DNA of 54,121 nucleotides. Origin: Flavobacteriales bacterium. GTDB lineage: Bacteria > Bacteroidota > Bacteroidia > Flavobacteriales > CAJXXR01. Location: positions 1-54,121 of the forward strand of contig JBMYYR010000005.1 in the NCBI GenBank assembly GCA_049609625.1, read 5' to 3'. This document shows, in pieces, positions 20,003 to 30,174 of the stretch. The notes beneath the pieces are model-generated. The model had not been told where the DNA came from, ran no database searches, and saw nothing but the letters and a program-made list of their open reading frames with translations. The number at the start of each line of letters is the position of its first letter. The stretch's first letter is position 1. A program made the position numbers and the translations under genes.

Positions 20003-20334
20003 GTCGTTTTTTGTTTAGTGAGTTGGTCTACAGCAAAAGAAAGTTTTTGCCACGTACTTGTTAATTCGTTTAGAAATAGTCTTCCCGTTTCGGTTATCGT
20101 ATAGTATTTTCTGGGCGGCCCCGACTGAGATTCCTCCCAATGATAGCTCAATAGTCCAGCATTTTTCAACCGAGTTAGCAAAGGATAAATCGTACCTTCC
20201 ACCACCAGCATCTGCGCCTCTTTCAGTGTTTTTAGAATCTCGGACGCATACGCGTTTTTGTGGTTCAGCAAAGAAAGAATGCAATATTCCAAGACACCCT
20301 TCCGCATCTGGGCTTTTGTATTTTCAATTTTCAT
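19999..20334 (-). CDS. PadR-family transcriptional regulator
   Basis: QMRKGVLEYCIL, EGTIYPLLTRL, WEESQSGPPRKYY.ITETG. ATGA overlap with the pspC-domain gene. Confidence 0.96.
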   Translation of the reverse strand: MKIENTKAQMRKGVLEYCILSLLNHKNAYASEILKTLKEAQMLVVEGTIYPLLTRLKNAGLLSYHWEESQSGPPRKYYTITETGRLFLNELTSTWQKLSFAVDQLTKQKTT

Positions 20335-20359
20335 AAGGTCATGATTGTGATTGATTCTG

Positions 20360-20408
20360 CAAATTTAAAGCAAAATATAGTACTATGCAAAGCAAAGTAC
20401 TATATTTT
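20360..20408 (-). promoter_or_regulatory. padR promoter (-7 TAAATTTG 20360-20367, -33 TTTG 20388-20391) inside a 37-bp palindromic operator (20372-20408)
   Basis: AAAATATAGTACTATGC-aaa-GCAAAGTACTATATTTT has 17-bp arms with 1 mismatch. The spacer between -33 and -7 is 20 nt. Confidence 0.78.
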
Positions 20409-20753
20409 TTTAAAAACACACCTAGACATACCCTTTAACCGACTATTAATACAGGTTTCTTTCCTTAGCTTCAATAAGTTAGTTTGTGAGTATTTTACTT
20501 TTCGGAAACACAACAACTGAGCAAACAGGATAATTATATGCATATTAGCAGTAGATTTAAACAGATATGTTACAAGAAAAACAACGCATAGAAGTTTCAT
20601 TGGACACTAAAACGCTTACTCACACCCTTCAACATAGAACCAAAATAGATGAAGGTTTCCCAGCAAAAAAAATCTTAATTTTTATTTAAAAAATTCAGGG
20701 TGTAAGGGACTGATATTTTGTACTTTTGGGCTTTCATAATTTAGAATCAGTCC

Positions 20754-21350
20754 ATGTTTACGGGAATTATAGAAACCACAGGCGAACTTATTGAGCTTTG
20801 GGCAGAGCAAAGCAATTGGCATTTCAAGATTAAAAGTCCCCTTTCGGGTGAATTGAAAATTGATCAAAGTGTGGCGCACAATGGCGTTTGCCTCACGGTT
20901 GTAGACTGCACTTCCGATTGGCACGTGGTAACGGCGATTGCCGAAACCATGAAACGAACTAATTTAGGAAGCTGGACTTTAGGTCAGGCGATTAATTTGG
21001 AACGTTGCACCGTTTTAAATGGCAGACTTGACGGCCATTTGGTTCAAGGTCATGTGGACACCATTGGCGTTTGCCGTTCGATTGAAGATCAAGACGGTAG
21101 TTTTTTGTATCACATTGATTATCAATCAGAAAAAGACGATTATATCACCGTAGAAAAAGGCTCTATTTGCATCAATGGCGTGAGTTTAACCGTTGTTGAT
21201 TCTGCACCGCAATCCTTTTCCGTAGCCCTGATTCCTTATACCATAGAACACACCAATTTTGCACAATTGAAACCCCATGATCCCGTCAATTTAGAGTTTG
21301 ACATCATCGGGAAATACCTTGTGGCATTATCAAAAAAAAGAACAACATAA
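20754..21350 (+). CDS. ribE: riboflavin synthase (alpha type)
   Basis: MFTGIIE N-terminus, [44 protein letters not shown]. Confidence 0.98.
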   Translation: MFTGIIETTGELIELWAEQSNWHFKIKSPLSGELKIDQSVAHNGVCLTVVDCTSDWHVVTAIAETMKRTNLGSWTLGQAINLERCTVLNGRLDGHLVQGHVDTIGVCRSIEDQDGSFLYHIDYQSEKDDYITVEKGSICINGVSLTVVDSAPQSFSVALIPYTIEHTNFAQLKPHDPVNLEFDIIGKYLVALSKKRTT

Positions 21351-21352
21351 CA

Positions 21353-23110
21353 ATGACAGCATACAGAACACATCATTGTGGGCAATTGCGCCTTTCGGAC
21401 CTCAACAACAAGGTTTGTTTATCGGGTTGGATTCAACGCGTGAGAGAAATGGGCGGTATGGTTTTTATTGACCTCCGAGACCGTTATGGTATCACTCAAA
21501 TTAAATTTGATCAAGAGCTTAACGCCGATTTGATGGCTTTGGCAAAACAACAAGGCCGAGAAAGCGTGTTGCAAGTCAAAGGAAAAGTGATTGAGCGTAG
21601 CTCAAAAAACAAACACATTGATACCGGCGACATCGAAATTGAAGCGGAAAGTATTAAGGTTTTAAATCCGGCAAAAACACCGCCATTCACCATTGAAGAT
21701 GAGACCGATGGTGGCGATGATATTCGTATGAAATATCGCTATCTGGATTTGCGAAGAACACCCATTCGCGAGAATTTAATGTTGAGGTCAAAAATAGCCA
21801 TCGAAACCAGAAAATTTCTTTCCGACCTCGATTTCATCGAAGTTGAAACACCTTATTTAATAAAATCTACACCCGAAGGGGCACGAGATTTCGTGGTGCC
21901 TTCGCGGATGAACAAAGGGCAATTTTACGCCTTACCACAATCGCCTCAAACCTTCAAGCAATTGTTGATGGTTTCAGGTTTTGATAAGTATTTCCAAATT
22001 GTGAAATGCTTTCGCGATGAAGATTTAAGAGCCGATCGTCAGCCAGAATTTACCCAAATAGACTGCGAAATGTCTTTTGTAGATCAGGAAGATGTTTTAG
22101 AAACCTTTGAAGGCTTGACGCGTCATCTCATCAAAACCACCAAAGGTATCAACTTAGAGAAATTTGAGCGCATGACCTATGATCAGGCGATGGCCTTGTA
22201 TGGATCGGACAAACCTGATACACGTTTTGAAATGACTTTCGTCGATTTTGATGCTGTGGCAAAAAACAAAGGCTTCAAAGTGTTTGATAGCGCAGAAGTG
22301 GTTCTCGGTATCTGCGCCAAAGATTGCTCAACTTTTAGCCGAAAACAAACCGATAAGTTGACCAAATGGGTTCAACGCCCGCAAATTGGCGCCAAAGGTT
22401 TGGTCTATGCCAAATGGAATGAAAATGGAAGTTTCAAATCTTCGGTCGATAAGTTTTTTAGTCCAGAAGATTTGGAAGCTTGGTTCCGTCAGGCTGGAGC
22501 CGAAAAAGGCGATTTGTTACTCATTCTTTCGGGCGATTTAGATGCGACCAGAAAACAACTTGGTGCTTTACGTCTTGAGCTTGGAGCTCAACTCGGACTT
22601 AAAAATCCGAATAAATTTGCTCCACTTTGGGTAGTTGATTTTCCTTTGCTAGAATGGGACGAAGATAGCGAACGTTATCATGCTATGCATCACCCATTTA
22701 CTTCTCCAAAAACGGAAGACATTGACCGTATTTCATCGGCACCAGCCGAAGTCCGTGCCAATGCTTATGATTTGGTATTAAACGGCGCTGAAATTGGTGG
22801 CGGTTCGATCCGAATTCACGACAGAGAACTTCAAAACACGATGTTCAAACATCTTGGGTTTAGCGACGAAGAAGCCAAGGAACAATTTGGATTTTTGATG
22901 GAAGCCTTTGAATATGGCGCGCCACCACACGGCGGTATTGCCTTCGGACTCGATAGACTTTGCTCTATTTTGGGCGGTTCGGAATCTATCCGAGATTTTA
23001 TTGCTTTCCCAAAAAACAATTCAGGAAGAGATGTGATGATCGATGCGCCATCCAAACTAGATGAGGCGCAAACCGAAGAACTCGCACTCAAAATCATTAA
23101 AGAAAACTAA
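21353..23110 (+). CDS. aspS: aspartate--tRNA ligase
   Basis: [80 protein letters not shown]. Confidence 0.99.
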   Translation: MTAYRTHHCGQLRLSDLNNKVCLSGWIQRVREMGGMVFIDLRDRYGITQIKFDQELNADLMALAKQQGRESVLQVKGKVIERSSKNKHIDTGDIEIEAESIKVLNPAKTPPFTIEDETDGGDDIRMKYRYLDLRRTPIRENLMLRSKIAIETRKFLSDLDFIEVETPYLIKSTPEGARDFVVPSRMNKGQFYALPQSPQTFKQLLMVSGFDKYFQIVKCFRDEDLRADRQPEFTQIDCEMSFVDQEDVLETFEGLTRHLIKTTKGINLEKFERMTYDQAMALYGSDKPDTRFEMTFVDFDAVAKNKGFKVFDSAEVVLGICAKDCSTFSRKQTDKLTKWVQRPQIGAKGLVYAKWNENGSFKSSVDKFFSPEDLEAWFRQAGAEKGDLLLILSGDLDATRKQLGALRLELGAQLGLKNPNKFAPLWVVDFPLLEWDEDSERYHAMHHPFTSPKTEDIDRISSAPAEVRANAYDLVLNGAEIGGGSIRIHDRELQNTMFKHLGFSDEEAKEQFGFLMEAFEYGAPPHGGIAFGLDRLCSILGGSESIRDFIAFPKNNSGRDVMIDAPSKLDEAQTEELALKIIKEN

Positions 23111-23127
23111 AAAAAACACGCTATATT

Positions 23128-24651
23128 ATGTCGTCAAAACAAGCTAAAACCGCACTCATTTCTGTTTTTCACAAAGATAGATTAGAGCCGATAGTCAAAA
23201 AACTTCACGAACTCGGTATCGATATGTATTCGACTGGAGGCACGCAAAGCTTTATCGAAGACCTCGATTTACCTGTAAAACGTGTTGAAGACGTAACGGG
23301 TTATCCATCTATTTTGGGCGGAAGAGTAAAAACCTTACACCCAAAAGTCTTTGGAGGCATTTTGTGGCGACGCGGACTAGAAGACGACGTCAAAGACACC
23401 GCCACACACAACATTCCTTCCTTTGACATTGTGATTGTTGATTTGTATCCGTTTGAGGACACCGTAGCTTCTGGAGCTGAAGAATCTGCAATTATTGAGA
23501 AAATTGATATTGGTGGAATTTCTTTGATTCGAGCAGCGGCTAAGAATTTTTCTGATGTCCTCATTGTGTCCTCAAGAAATGAATATTCTAAGTTTTTGAA
23601 TCTATTGGAAGACGGAAACGGAAGCAGTACTTTGGAACAACGAAAATACTTTGCTGCCAAAGCTTTTCAAACCTCATCGCATTACGACACCGAAATTTTC
23701 CGCTATTTCAATCAAGACACGCAACTGACTGGGTTTAAAGAAAGTTTCGATAAACATGAAGTGCTTCGTTATGGTGAAAACCCCCATCAAAAAGGTGTTT
23801 TTCATGGCGATTTCTCAGCGATTTTCGACCAAATTAATGGAAAAGCCATTTCATTCAATAATTTATTAGACATTGACGCCGCTTGTCAATTGCTCGGCGA
23901 ATTTTCTGAAACCACCTTTGCCATCCTAAAACACAACAACGCTTGTGGTCTGGCTAGTCGAACATCGGTGCTTTCGGCTTGGAAACTGGCTTTAGAAGCC
24001 GATCCGATTTCAGCTTTTGGAGGCGTTTTGGCTTGCAATGCCGAAATTGATGTAGAAACTGCCGAAGAAATCAATAAAATTTTCTTCGAGGTTATCATCG
24101 CGCCAAGCTATTCTGATGACGCCTTAGCGATTTTGAAATCAAAGAAAAATCGTATTATTTTGATCCAAAAAGCTGAATTACCAAAACGCAAAACTTACCG
24201 AACGGTTTTGAATGGTGTGCTGGAACAAGATGCCGATTCGGTAACAGATGCTGCTGAAAATTTCCAATTGGCAACCACCGAGAAACCAAACGAACAAGAA
24301 TTGAAAGATTTAGAATTTGCATCCAAAATCTGCAAACACACTAAATCTAACGCTATTGTTTTTGCCAAAAACAAACAACTATTAAGTAGTGGCGTTGGGC
24401 AAACGTCTCGTGTAGATGCGCTGAGACAAGCTGTTATTAAAGCCAAAACATTCAATTTCGAATTAAAAGATGCGGTTATGGCATCAGATGCTTTTTTTCC
24501 TTTCCCGGATTGTGTAGAATTAGCTGATGAGCAAGGCATTAGAGCTGTCATTCAACCTGGAGGATCGATCAAAGACCAGCTTTCAATTGATTATTGCAAT
24601 GACCATTCTATGGCTATGGTTTTCACCGGAAACCGTCATTTTAAGCACTAA
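23128..24651 (+). CDS. purH: bifunctional AICAR formyltransferase/IMP cyclohydrolase
   Basis: ALISVFHK, STGGT, GRVKTLHPKVFGGIL, IDIGG, LRYGENPHQ, KSNAI, GQTSRVD, ASDAFFPF, QPGGS, RHFKH. Confidence 0.99.
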   Translation: MSSKQAKTALISVFHKDRLEPIVKKLHELGIDMYSTGGTQSFIEDLDLPVKRVEDVTGYPSILGGRVKTLHPKVFGGILWRRGLEDDVKDTATHNIPSFDIVIVDLYPFEDTVASGAEESAIIEKIDIGGISLIRAAAKNFSDVLIVSSRNEYSKFLNLLEDGNGSSTLEQRKYFAAKAFQTSSHYDTEIFRYFNQDTQLTGFKESFDKHEVLRYGENPHQKGVFHGDFSAIFDQINGKAISFNNLLDIDAACQLLGEFSETTFAILKHNNACGLASRTSVLSAWKLALEADPISAFGGVLACNAEIDVETAEEINKIFFEVIIAPSYSDDALAILKSKKNRIILIQKAELPKRKTYRTVLNGVLEQDADSVTDAAENFQLATTEKPNEQELKDLEFASKICKHTKSNAIVFAKNKQLLSSGVGQTSRVDALRQAVIKAKTFNFELKDAVMASDAFFPFPDCVELADEQGIRAVIQPGGSIKDQLSIDYCNDHSMAMVFTGNRHFKH

Positions 24652-24693
24652 GCTACTGATTTATTTTTTATTACCTTTGAACAAAGTTTGACT

Positions 24694-25722
24694 ATGCCTA
24701 TTTTTGATTTTTTTCGTACCCACGACATCGCCATCGACCTCGGAACGGCCAATACACTTATTATACACAACAACACCATTGTGGTTGACGAACCTTCTAT
24801 CGTTGCCAAAGATCGGCTGACTGGAAAAGTAATTGCTGTGGGCACAAAAGCACAACAAATGCACGGCAAAACACACGACGACATCAAGACCATTCGTCCG
24901 TTAAAAGATGGCGTTATTGCCGATTTTGATGCCTCGGAGTTCATGATTCGTGAGTTTGTAAGAAAAATTCCAAATCTTAGCAGTTATTTTAAGAGCCCCA
25001 CCTTGCGTATGGTAATCTGTATTCCGAGTGGGATAACCGAAGTGGAAAAACGTGCGGTAAAAGATTCGGCCGAGCAAGCTGGAGCAAAAGAGGTGTATTT
25101 GGTTCAAGAACCCATGGCAGCCGCTATAGGTATTGGGATTGATGTCAACGAACCCAAAGGTAATATGATTATTGATATAGGTGGAGGAACGACCGAAATT
25201 GCCGTTTTGGCTTTGGGCGGTATCGTTTGCGACAAGTCGATAAAAGTAGCCGGAGATGTGTTTACACAAGATATTTCATACTATCTGAGAACCCAACACA
25301 ACCTTTCTATTGGAGAACGAACAGCCGAACGCATTAAAATAGAAATTGGAGCAGCGATGACAAATCTTGAAAACCCACCCGACGAATACCCCGTTCAAGG
25401 TCGAGATTTGATGACAGGAAAACCTAAACAGGTTATGATTACATCGGACGAAATTGCCCGTGCTTTAGACAAATCCATTTCTCAAATAGAAGAGGCCATA
25501 CTACAAGCTCTGGCGTTGACGCCTGCCGAACTTTCAGCCGATATTTACAATACGGGTATTTACCTCGCTGGTGGTGGCTCGATGCTAAGAGGGCTTGACC
25601 GTCGGATATCTATCAAAACCGAATTGCCCGTTTGCATTGCCGAAGATCCACTTACTGCCGTTGTTCGAGGAACAGGTATTTGTCTCAAAAACTTAGATAA
25701 ATTCGGCTTTTTGATGAAATAA
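24694..25722 (+). CDS. mreB: rod shape-determining protein MreB
   Basis: IAIDLGTANTL, RPLKDGVIADF, PSGITEVEKRAV, EPMAAAIG, DIGGGTTE, LAGGGSMLRG. ATG 24694 follows a TACCTTTG -7 element at 24672-24679. Confidence 0.99.
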   Translation: MPIFDFFRTHDIAIDLGTANTLIIHNNTIVVDEPSIVAKDRLTGKVIAVGTKAQQMHGKTHDDIKTIRPLKDGVIADFDASEFMIREFVRKIPNLSSYFKSPTLRMVICIPSGITEVEKRAVKDSAEQAGAKEVYLVQEPMAAAIGIGIDVNEPKGNMIIDIGGGTTEIAVLALGGIVCDKSIKVAGDVFTQDISYYLRTQHNLSIGERTAERIKIEIGAAMTNLENPPDEYPVQGRDLMTGKPKQVMITSDEIARALDKSISQIEEAILQALALTPAELSADIYNTGIYLAGGGSMLRGLDRRISIKTELPVCIAEDPLTAVVRGTGICLKNLDKFGFLMK

Positions 25723-25739
25723 AATCTGGCTAAACGCAC

Positions 25740-26573
25740 ATGCAGAACCTTGTTCATTTTATTCTAAAATACCGCTTTACTTTTCTGTTTATTGTCTTAC
25801 AGTTGGTGGCTTGGTGGCTTTGGTTTAGTCAACATGTGTTTTACTCTTACGCCTTTAGCAACGGCACTAACGCTATTGTTGGCACCGTTTCAGAACAGCA
25901 AGCCACCCTTGATTCGTATTGGAGCTTAGATAAACAAAATGCCGATTTGGCAAGTGAAAATCTAAGGCTACAGGCTGAAATTTTAAGCTTAAAGCATCAA
26001 CTTTTTGAGCAAACAGATCAGATTGATTTGCATAGCTCTGAAACGAACACCACATTTATTAAAGCTAAAGTTATTGGTCAAACCAAACGCCAAGGCAATT
26101 TGTACCTCACACTAAATAAAGGAACAGCCGATGGTATTTCAGAAGAAGCTGGAGTGCTTTCGCCAAAAGGCATTGTAGGGCGAACACTTTATGTTTCAGA
26201 GCATTATTCCTTGGTTATGAGTGTTCAACATCAGCGCTCTCACATCAATGTCGAGGTGGGATCAAAACCCTGGATAGGCACTTTGGAATGGGAGCTGGAT
26301 GCCACGGGCTATTGCAGTTTGCGTTCTATCAACCAATATGCTCAAGTCGACATTGGCGATTCTGTATTCACAAACCCCTATTCGACTTATTTTCCTGACC
26401 AGAGCTTTGTTGGTACTGTTGAAACTATTGCGCTTAAAGAGCAAGATCAGTTTTTTACCATTCAAGTAAAATTAAACCAACAGTTGAATGAACTTCGACA
26501 CGTTTACGTTATTCAAAACGCCTTAAAATCGGAAATGCAAACACTTGAAAATCAAATTATTGATGAATACTAG
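25740..26573 (+). CDS. mreC: rod shape-determining protein MreC
   Basis: N-terminal TM, coiled coil (NADLASENLRL), LTLNKGTADGI...GV....GIVG. Located after mreB. Confidence 0.93.
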   Translation: MQNLVHFILKYRFTFLFIVLQLVAWWLWFSQHVFYSYAFSNGTNAIVGTVSEQQATLDSYWSLDKQNADLASENLRLQAEILSLKHQLFEQTDQIDLHSSETNTTFIKAKVIGQTKRQGNLYLTLNKGTADGISEEAGVLSPKGIVGRTLYVSEHYSLVMSVQHQRSHINVEVGSKPWIGTLEWELDATGYCSLRSINQYAQVDIGDSVFTNPYSTYFPDQSFVGTVETIALKEQDQFFTIQVKLNQQLNELRHVYVIQNALKSEMQTLENQIIDEY

Positions 26574-27072
26574 TCGATTTTACTTTTTTTCTTTTTTAGT
26601 GCTATTTCTGGCTCAAGTCTTGTTGTTTAGACCTGTGCAACTTTGGGGCGAAGTTCATCTTTTGGTTTACATTTTGTTTCCATTACTGTTCAATCAAAAC
26701 GCCAATAAAATACTTGTTCTATTCCTGTCTTTTGCTTTGGGTTTGCTGATTGATTTATTTTCAAACACCATTGGTCTACACAGTTCTGCTTTGCTTTTTA
26801 TTGCCTTCATTCGCCCAACAGTTCTAGCTTTTTTCAGGTTTAAACCTAACGGGAGTCAAATTTTAATTCGATTTTCGGAATTGACTTTTTATCAAGTCAT
26901 TAGCTATTTGTTTTTGATGATTTGTATTCATCAAATTTATATATTGATCTTAAATCATGGCAGTCAACTCTCTGGCATTCATCTACTTTCGGGTCTAAAA
27001 AACAGTTTATTTAGTTTACTTACAATACGTGTAGTTGCTTATCTTTTCGAACCTAAAAAGAACTCCTATTAA
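26563..27072 (+). CDS. mreD: rod shape-determining protein MreD
   Basis: Hydrophobic protein of about 170 aa with LGLLIDLFSNTIGLHSSA...FIRP, located between mreC and mrdA. Confidence 0.88.
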   Translation: MNTSRFYFFSFLVLFLAQVLLFRPVQLWGEVHLLVYILFPLLFNQNANKILVLFLSFALGLLIDLFSNTIGLHSSALLFIAFIRPTVLAFFRFKPNGSQILIRFSELTFYQVISYLFLMICIHQIYILILNHGSQLSGIHLLSGLKNSLFSLLTIRVVAYLFEPKKNSY

Positions 27073-27074
27073 GC

Positions 27075-28925
27075 ATGTCTTTCAACGTATTTTCCTCTCG
27101 ATTTTTTATTGTTGTTTTGCTGATGACTACGGCCTCTATTTTACTTTTAGTCAACATGTTTCAGCTTCAAGTATTAAGTCCTGAATACAAAGACCGAGCA
27201 GAAAAAAACGTCATAAAAAAAGAAACCATTTACCCCGCCCGTGGTTCTGTTTATGATCGACATGGCAAGCTTTTGGTGGGCAACCAACGAGCTTATGATT
27301 TGATGGTCGTTCCAAATTTAGTTGAACAATTGGACACGCTTTTACTCGCCGAACGCTCCAAAACCAGTATCGAACGCCTTAGAAAACGATTGAAACAAGC
27401 CAAACGTTATAGTCGCCATCTTCCTTCCATTTTGGTAAAAGGCATCGAAAAAGAAACGGGAATGTTGCTTTTAGAATCCATCCACCGTTTTGAAGGCATA
27501 TATCTTGAAGAACGAACGAGTAGAATTTACCCAATTCCTATAGCATCCAATGTATTAGGCTATATTGGGCGTGTTTCTCCAGCCAAAATAAAATCTGATT
27601 CCTATTACCATCAAAATGATAATATCGGAAAAACAGGAATAGAAAAAACCTTTGAAACCTATCTTCGTGGCAAAAAAGGCTATCAATACGTCTATAAAAA
27701 CGTTCATAACCAAACGATGGGGCAATACAAAGACGGCGAAGACGACCTTGAGACCCAAAGCGGAGCAAATATAAACCTAACTTTAGACTCTGATTTGCAA
27801 CAATATGCCGAATCGTTAATGCAAAATAAGCGAGGCGCAGTAGTTGCTATTGAGCCCAAAAGTGGAGAGCTTTTAGCCTTAGTATCTAGCCCAACCTATG
27901 ACCCAAATCTGATGGTTGGCCGGCAACGCTCAAAGCATTACGGACTTTTAGAGCAAGATAGCCTCATTCCGCTTTTCGACCGAAGTTTGATTGGGCAATA
28001 TCCGCCTGGGTCGACATTCAAACTGGTTAATGCATTGATTGCTTTAGAGGAAGGCGTAATTTCTCCAAACACTACATTTTCCTGTCATCATGGTTGGCGC
28101 TATAGCCCAAAACTAAAAGTGGGCTGCCATGCTCACCGTAGTCCATTGGCCTTAAAACAATCTATCGCCCAATCTTGCAACGCATACTACTGTTCTGTTT
28201 TTCAACGACTTATTGACAGAAACAACACAACCAAAACCGAGTTTAAAACATGGGAAACCTACGTCCGTAGCTTTGGCTTAGGTAATTACCTAAACAATGA
28301 TTTACACGTTGGGCAACCTGGCCATGTACCAAACGTAGCCTATTACGATGCCAAATATCCACATTTATGGAAATCTCCAACCGTCATCACGCTTTCTATC
28401 GGGCAAGACGCCTTGCTGACCACACCTATTCAGATGGCAAATATGTGTGCGGCCATTGCCAATCGAGGATTTTTCTACACGCCACATATTCTAAAATCCG
28501 TAGAAAATCATTCAGAAGCTGGTTCTAAATTTAAAACCAAAAAAGAAATCGACATCAAAAAACGGCATTTTGAAGCCGTAATTGATGGCATGCAAGCTGT
28601 TGTGGAAGGCAAAAAAGGAACAGCAAAAAATGCACGACTTAAAGGCTTAAGCATTTGTGGAAAAACAGGAACTGCCGAAAATTTCAAAAAAATAAACGGC
28701 GAAATAGTCCAACTAAAAGACCATTCCATTTTTATTGCCTTTGCACCCAAAGAAAATCCCAAAATTGCTCTAGCAGTCTACGTCGAAAATGCAGGCTGGG
28801 GCTCGTCTTATGCCTCGCCAATTGCCAGCTTGGTTATTGAAAAATACTTACGTGGAACCATTTCTAGACCTGAATTGGAAGAACAAATGCGCTCAGCAAA
28901 AATTCTAGCTTATGAGAGACAGTAA
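27075..28925 (+). CDS. mrdA: penicillin-binding protein 2
   Basis: PARGSVYDRHG, IGKTGIEK, YPPGSTFK (SxxK), SCNAYY (SxN), GKTGTAEN (KTG). Confidence 0.96.
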   Translation: MSFNVFSSRFFIVVLLMTTASILLLVNMFQLQVLSPEYKDRAEKNVIKKETIYPARGSVYDRHGKLLVGNQRAYDLMVVPNLVEQLDTLLLAERSKTSIERLRKRLKQAKRYSRHLPSILVKGIEKETGMLLLESIHRFEGIYLEERTSRIYPIPIASNVLGYIGRVSPAKIKSDSYYHQNDNIGKTGIEKTFETYLRGKKGYQYVYKNVHNQTMGQYKDGEDDLETQSGANINLTLDSDLQQYAESLMQNKRGAVVAIEPKSGELLALVSSPTYDPNLMVGRQRSKHYGLLEQDSLIPLFDRSLIGQYPPGSTFKLVNALIALEEGVISPNTTFSCHHGWRYSPKLKVGCHAHRSPLALKQSIAQSCNAYYCSVFQRLIDRNNTTKTEFKTWETYVRSFGLGNYLNNDLHVGQPGHVPNVAYYDAKYPHLWKSPTVITLSIGQDALLTTPIQMANMCAAIANRGFFYTPHILKSVENHSEAGSKFKTKKEIDIKKRHFEAVIDGMQAVVEGKKGTAKNARLKGLSICGKTGTAENFKKINGEIVQLKDHSIFIAFAPKENPKIALAVYVENAGWGSSYASPIASLVIEKYLRGTISRPELEEQMRSAKILAYERQ

Positions 28926-30174
28926 ACTTTTTTTCGAGATTGACTGGTGGCTTATTTTGCTCTTTCTTTCACTTTGTTTTTTAGGCTGGGTAAATATTTA
29001 TGCCGCTGTAAATCAAGAAGATAGTCAATCTATTTTTAATTTTTCTCAAGAATATGGAAAACAATTTTTTTGGATTTGTTCTTCTGTTTTCATTGGGATG
29101 TTCATTTTGCTTTTACCAACAAAGTGGTTGACGGGCTTTGCAGGTCAAATTTACTTCGGAAGTCTTCTTTCGCTCATTTTGGTTTTATTTATCGGAAAAG
29201 AAATCGGCGGCGCAAAATCTTGGTTTAGCTTAGGCTCATTCAGTCTCCAGCCCTCCGAATTTGCCAAACCTGCTAGTTTACTCTTCTTAGCCTCTTTCTT
29301 GAGCATTCCACAAATCAATCTAAAAGAGTTTAAAGACCAGGCGATTGCCTTCGGTATTTTATTCTTGCCAATGCTGTTAATTCTCCTTCAGCCCGACGCA
29401 GGTTCTGCCATCGTTTATGCCTCTTTACTCATCGTACTCTACCGAGAACAACTCCCATCGTGGTATCTTGTGGTGCTCATAATGGCCGTATGTCTCTTTG
29501 TGGCCGTTTTACTTTTTCCGCTACCTTGGATAATTTTTTTCCTACTTAGCCTTTCTACCATACTCTTTCTTTTTAGTCCAAAAAAACAGCGACCAAAACG
29601 TTTTTTACAATTGATTTTAGCCAATGTAAGCTCTATTTTATATGCCACAAGTGTTGGTTTTATTTATCATTCCATTCTGAAACCTCATCAGAGAAATCGG
29701 ATCGATATTATTTTAGGAAAACTCGAAGACAGTAGCGGTGTAGGTTATAATTTGGCCCAATCAAAAATTGCTATTGGTTCTGGAGGCTGGACAGGAAAAG
29801 GCTTTTTGAACGGCACGCAAACCAAATTCCATTTTGTGCCCGAGCAAAGTACCGATTTCATTTTCTGCACCATCGGCGAAGAATGGGGATTTTTAGGTTC
29901 ATTTTTGGTAATTCTCTTGTTTTTGATTTTGATTCTGAGGATTTTATTCAAAGCCGAACAACAGAAATCAACCTTTACACGGGTTTATGGCTATGGTGTG
30001 GCCTGTATTTTTTTCGCTCACATGTTTATCAATATCGGTATGACCATCGGCCTGTTACCAATTATTGGTATACCACTTCCATTTTTCAGCTACGGCGGTT
30101 CTTCCCTTTGGGGATTTAGCATTTTATTGTTTATTTTTATCCGATTGGATGCCCAACGTAAACAGATTTTGTAA
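28912..30174 (+). CDS. rodA: rod shape-determining SEDS glycosyltransferase RodA
   Basis: GAKSW...LQPSEFAK, QPDAGS, GYNLAQSKIAIGSGG, PEQSTDFIF..IGEEWG, GIPLPFFSYGGSS. Confidence 0.97.
   Translation: MRDSKLFFEIDWWLILLFLSLCFLGWVNIYAAVNQEDSQSIFNFSQEYGKQFFWICSSVFIGMFILLLPTKWLTGFAGQIYFGSLLSLILVLFIGKEIGGAKSWFSLGSFSLQPSEFAKPASLLFLASFLSIPQINLKEFKDQAIAFGILFLPMLLILLQPDAGSAIVYASLLIVLYREQLPSWYLVVLIMAVCLFVAVLLFPLPWIIFFLLSLSTILFLFSPKKQRPKRFLQLILANVSSILYATSVGFIYHSILKPHQRNRIDIILGKLEDSSGVGYNLAQSKIAIGSGGWTGKGFLNGTQTKFHFVPEQSTDFIFCTIGEEWGFLGSFLVILLFLILILRILFKAEQQKSTFTRVYGYGVACIFFAHMFINIGMTIGLLPIIGIPLPFFSYGGSSLWGFSILLFIFIRLDAQRKQIL

Noticed and set aside
20400-20600. 66-aa minus-strand ORF in the padR-ribE gap
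   Set aside because: No motif, atypical composition, and it ends inside the padR operator. It cannot be supported, although the ~420-nt gap is otherwise unexplained.
20600-20753. Possible FMN riboswitch before riboflavin synthase
   Set aside because: Only a fragmentary CAGGGTG match and none of the other RFN conserved blocks. A TACTTTTG -7 element sits about 25 nt before the ATG, leaving no room.
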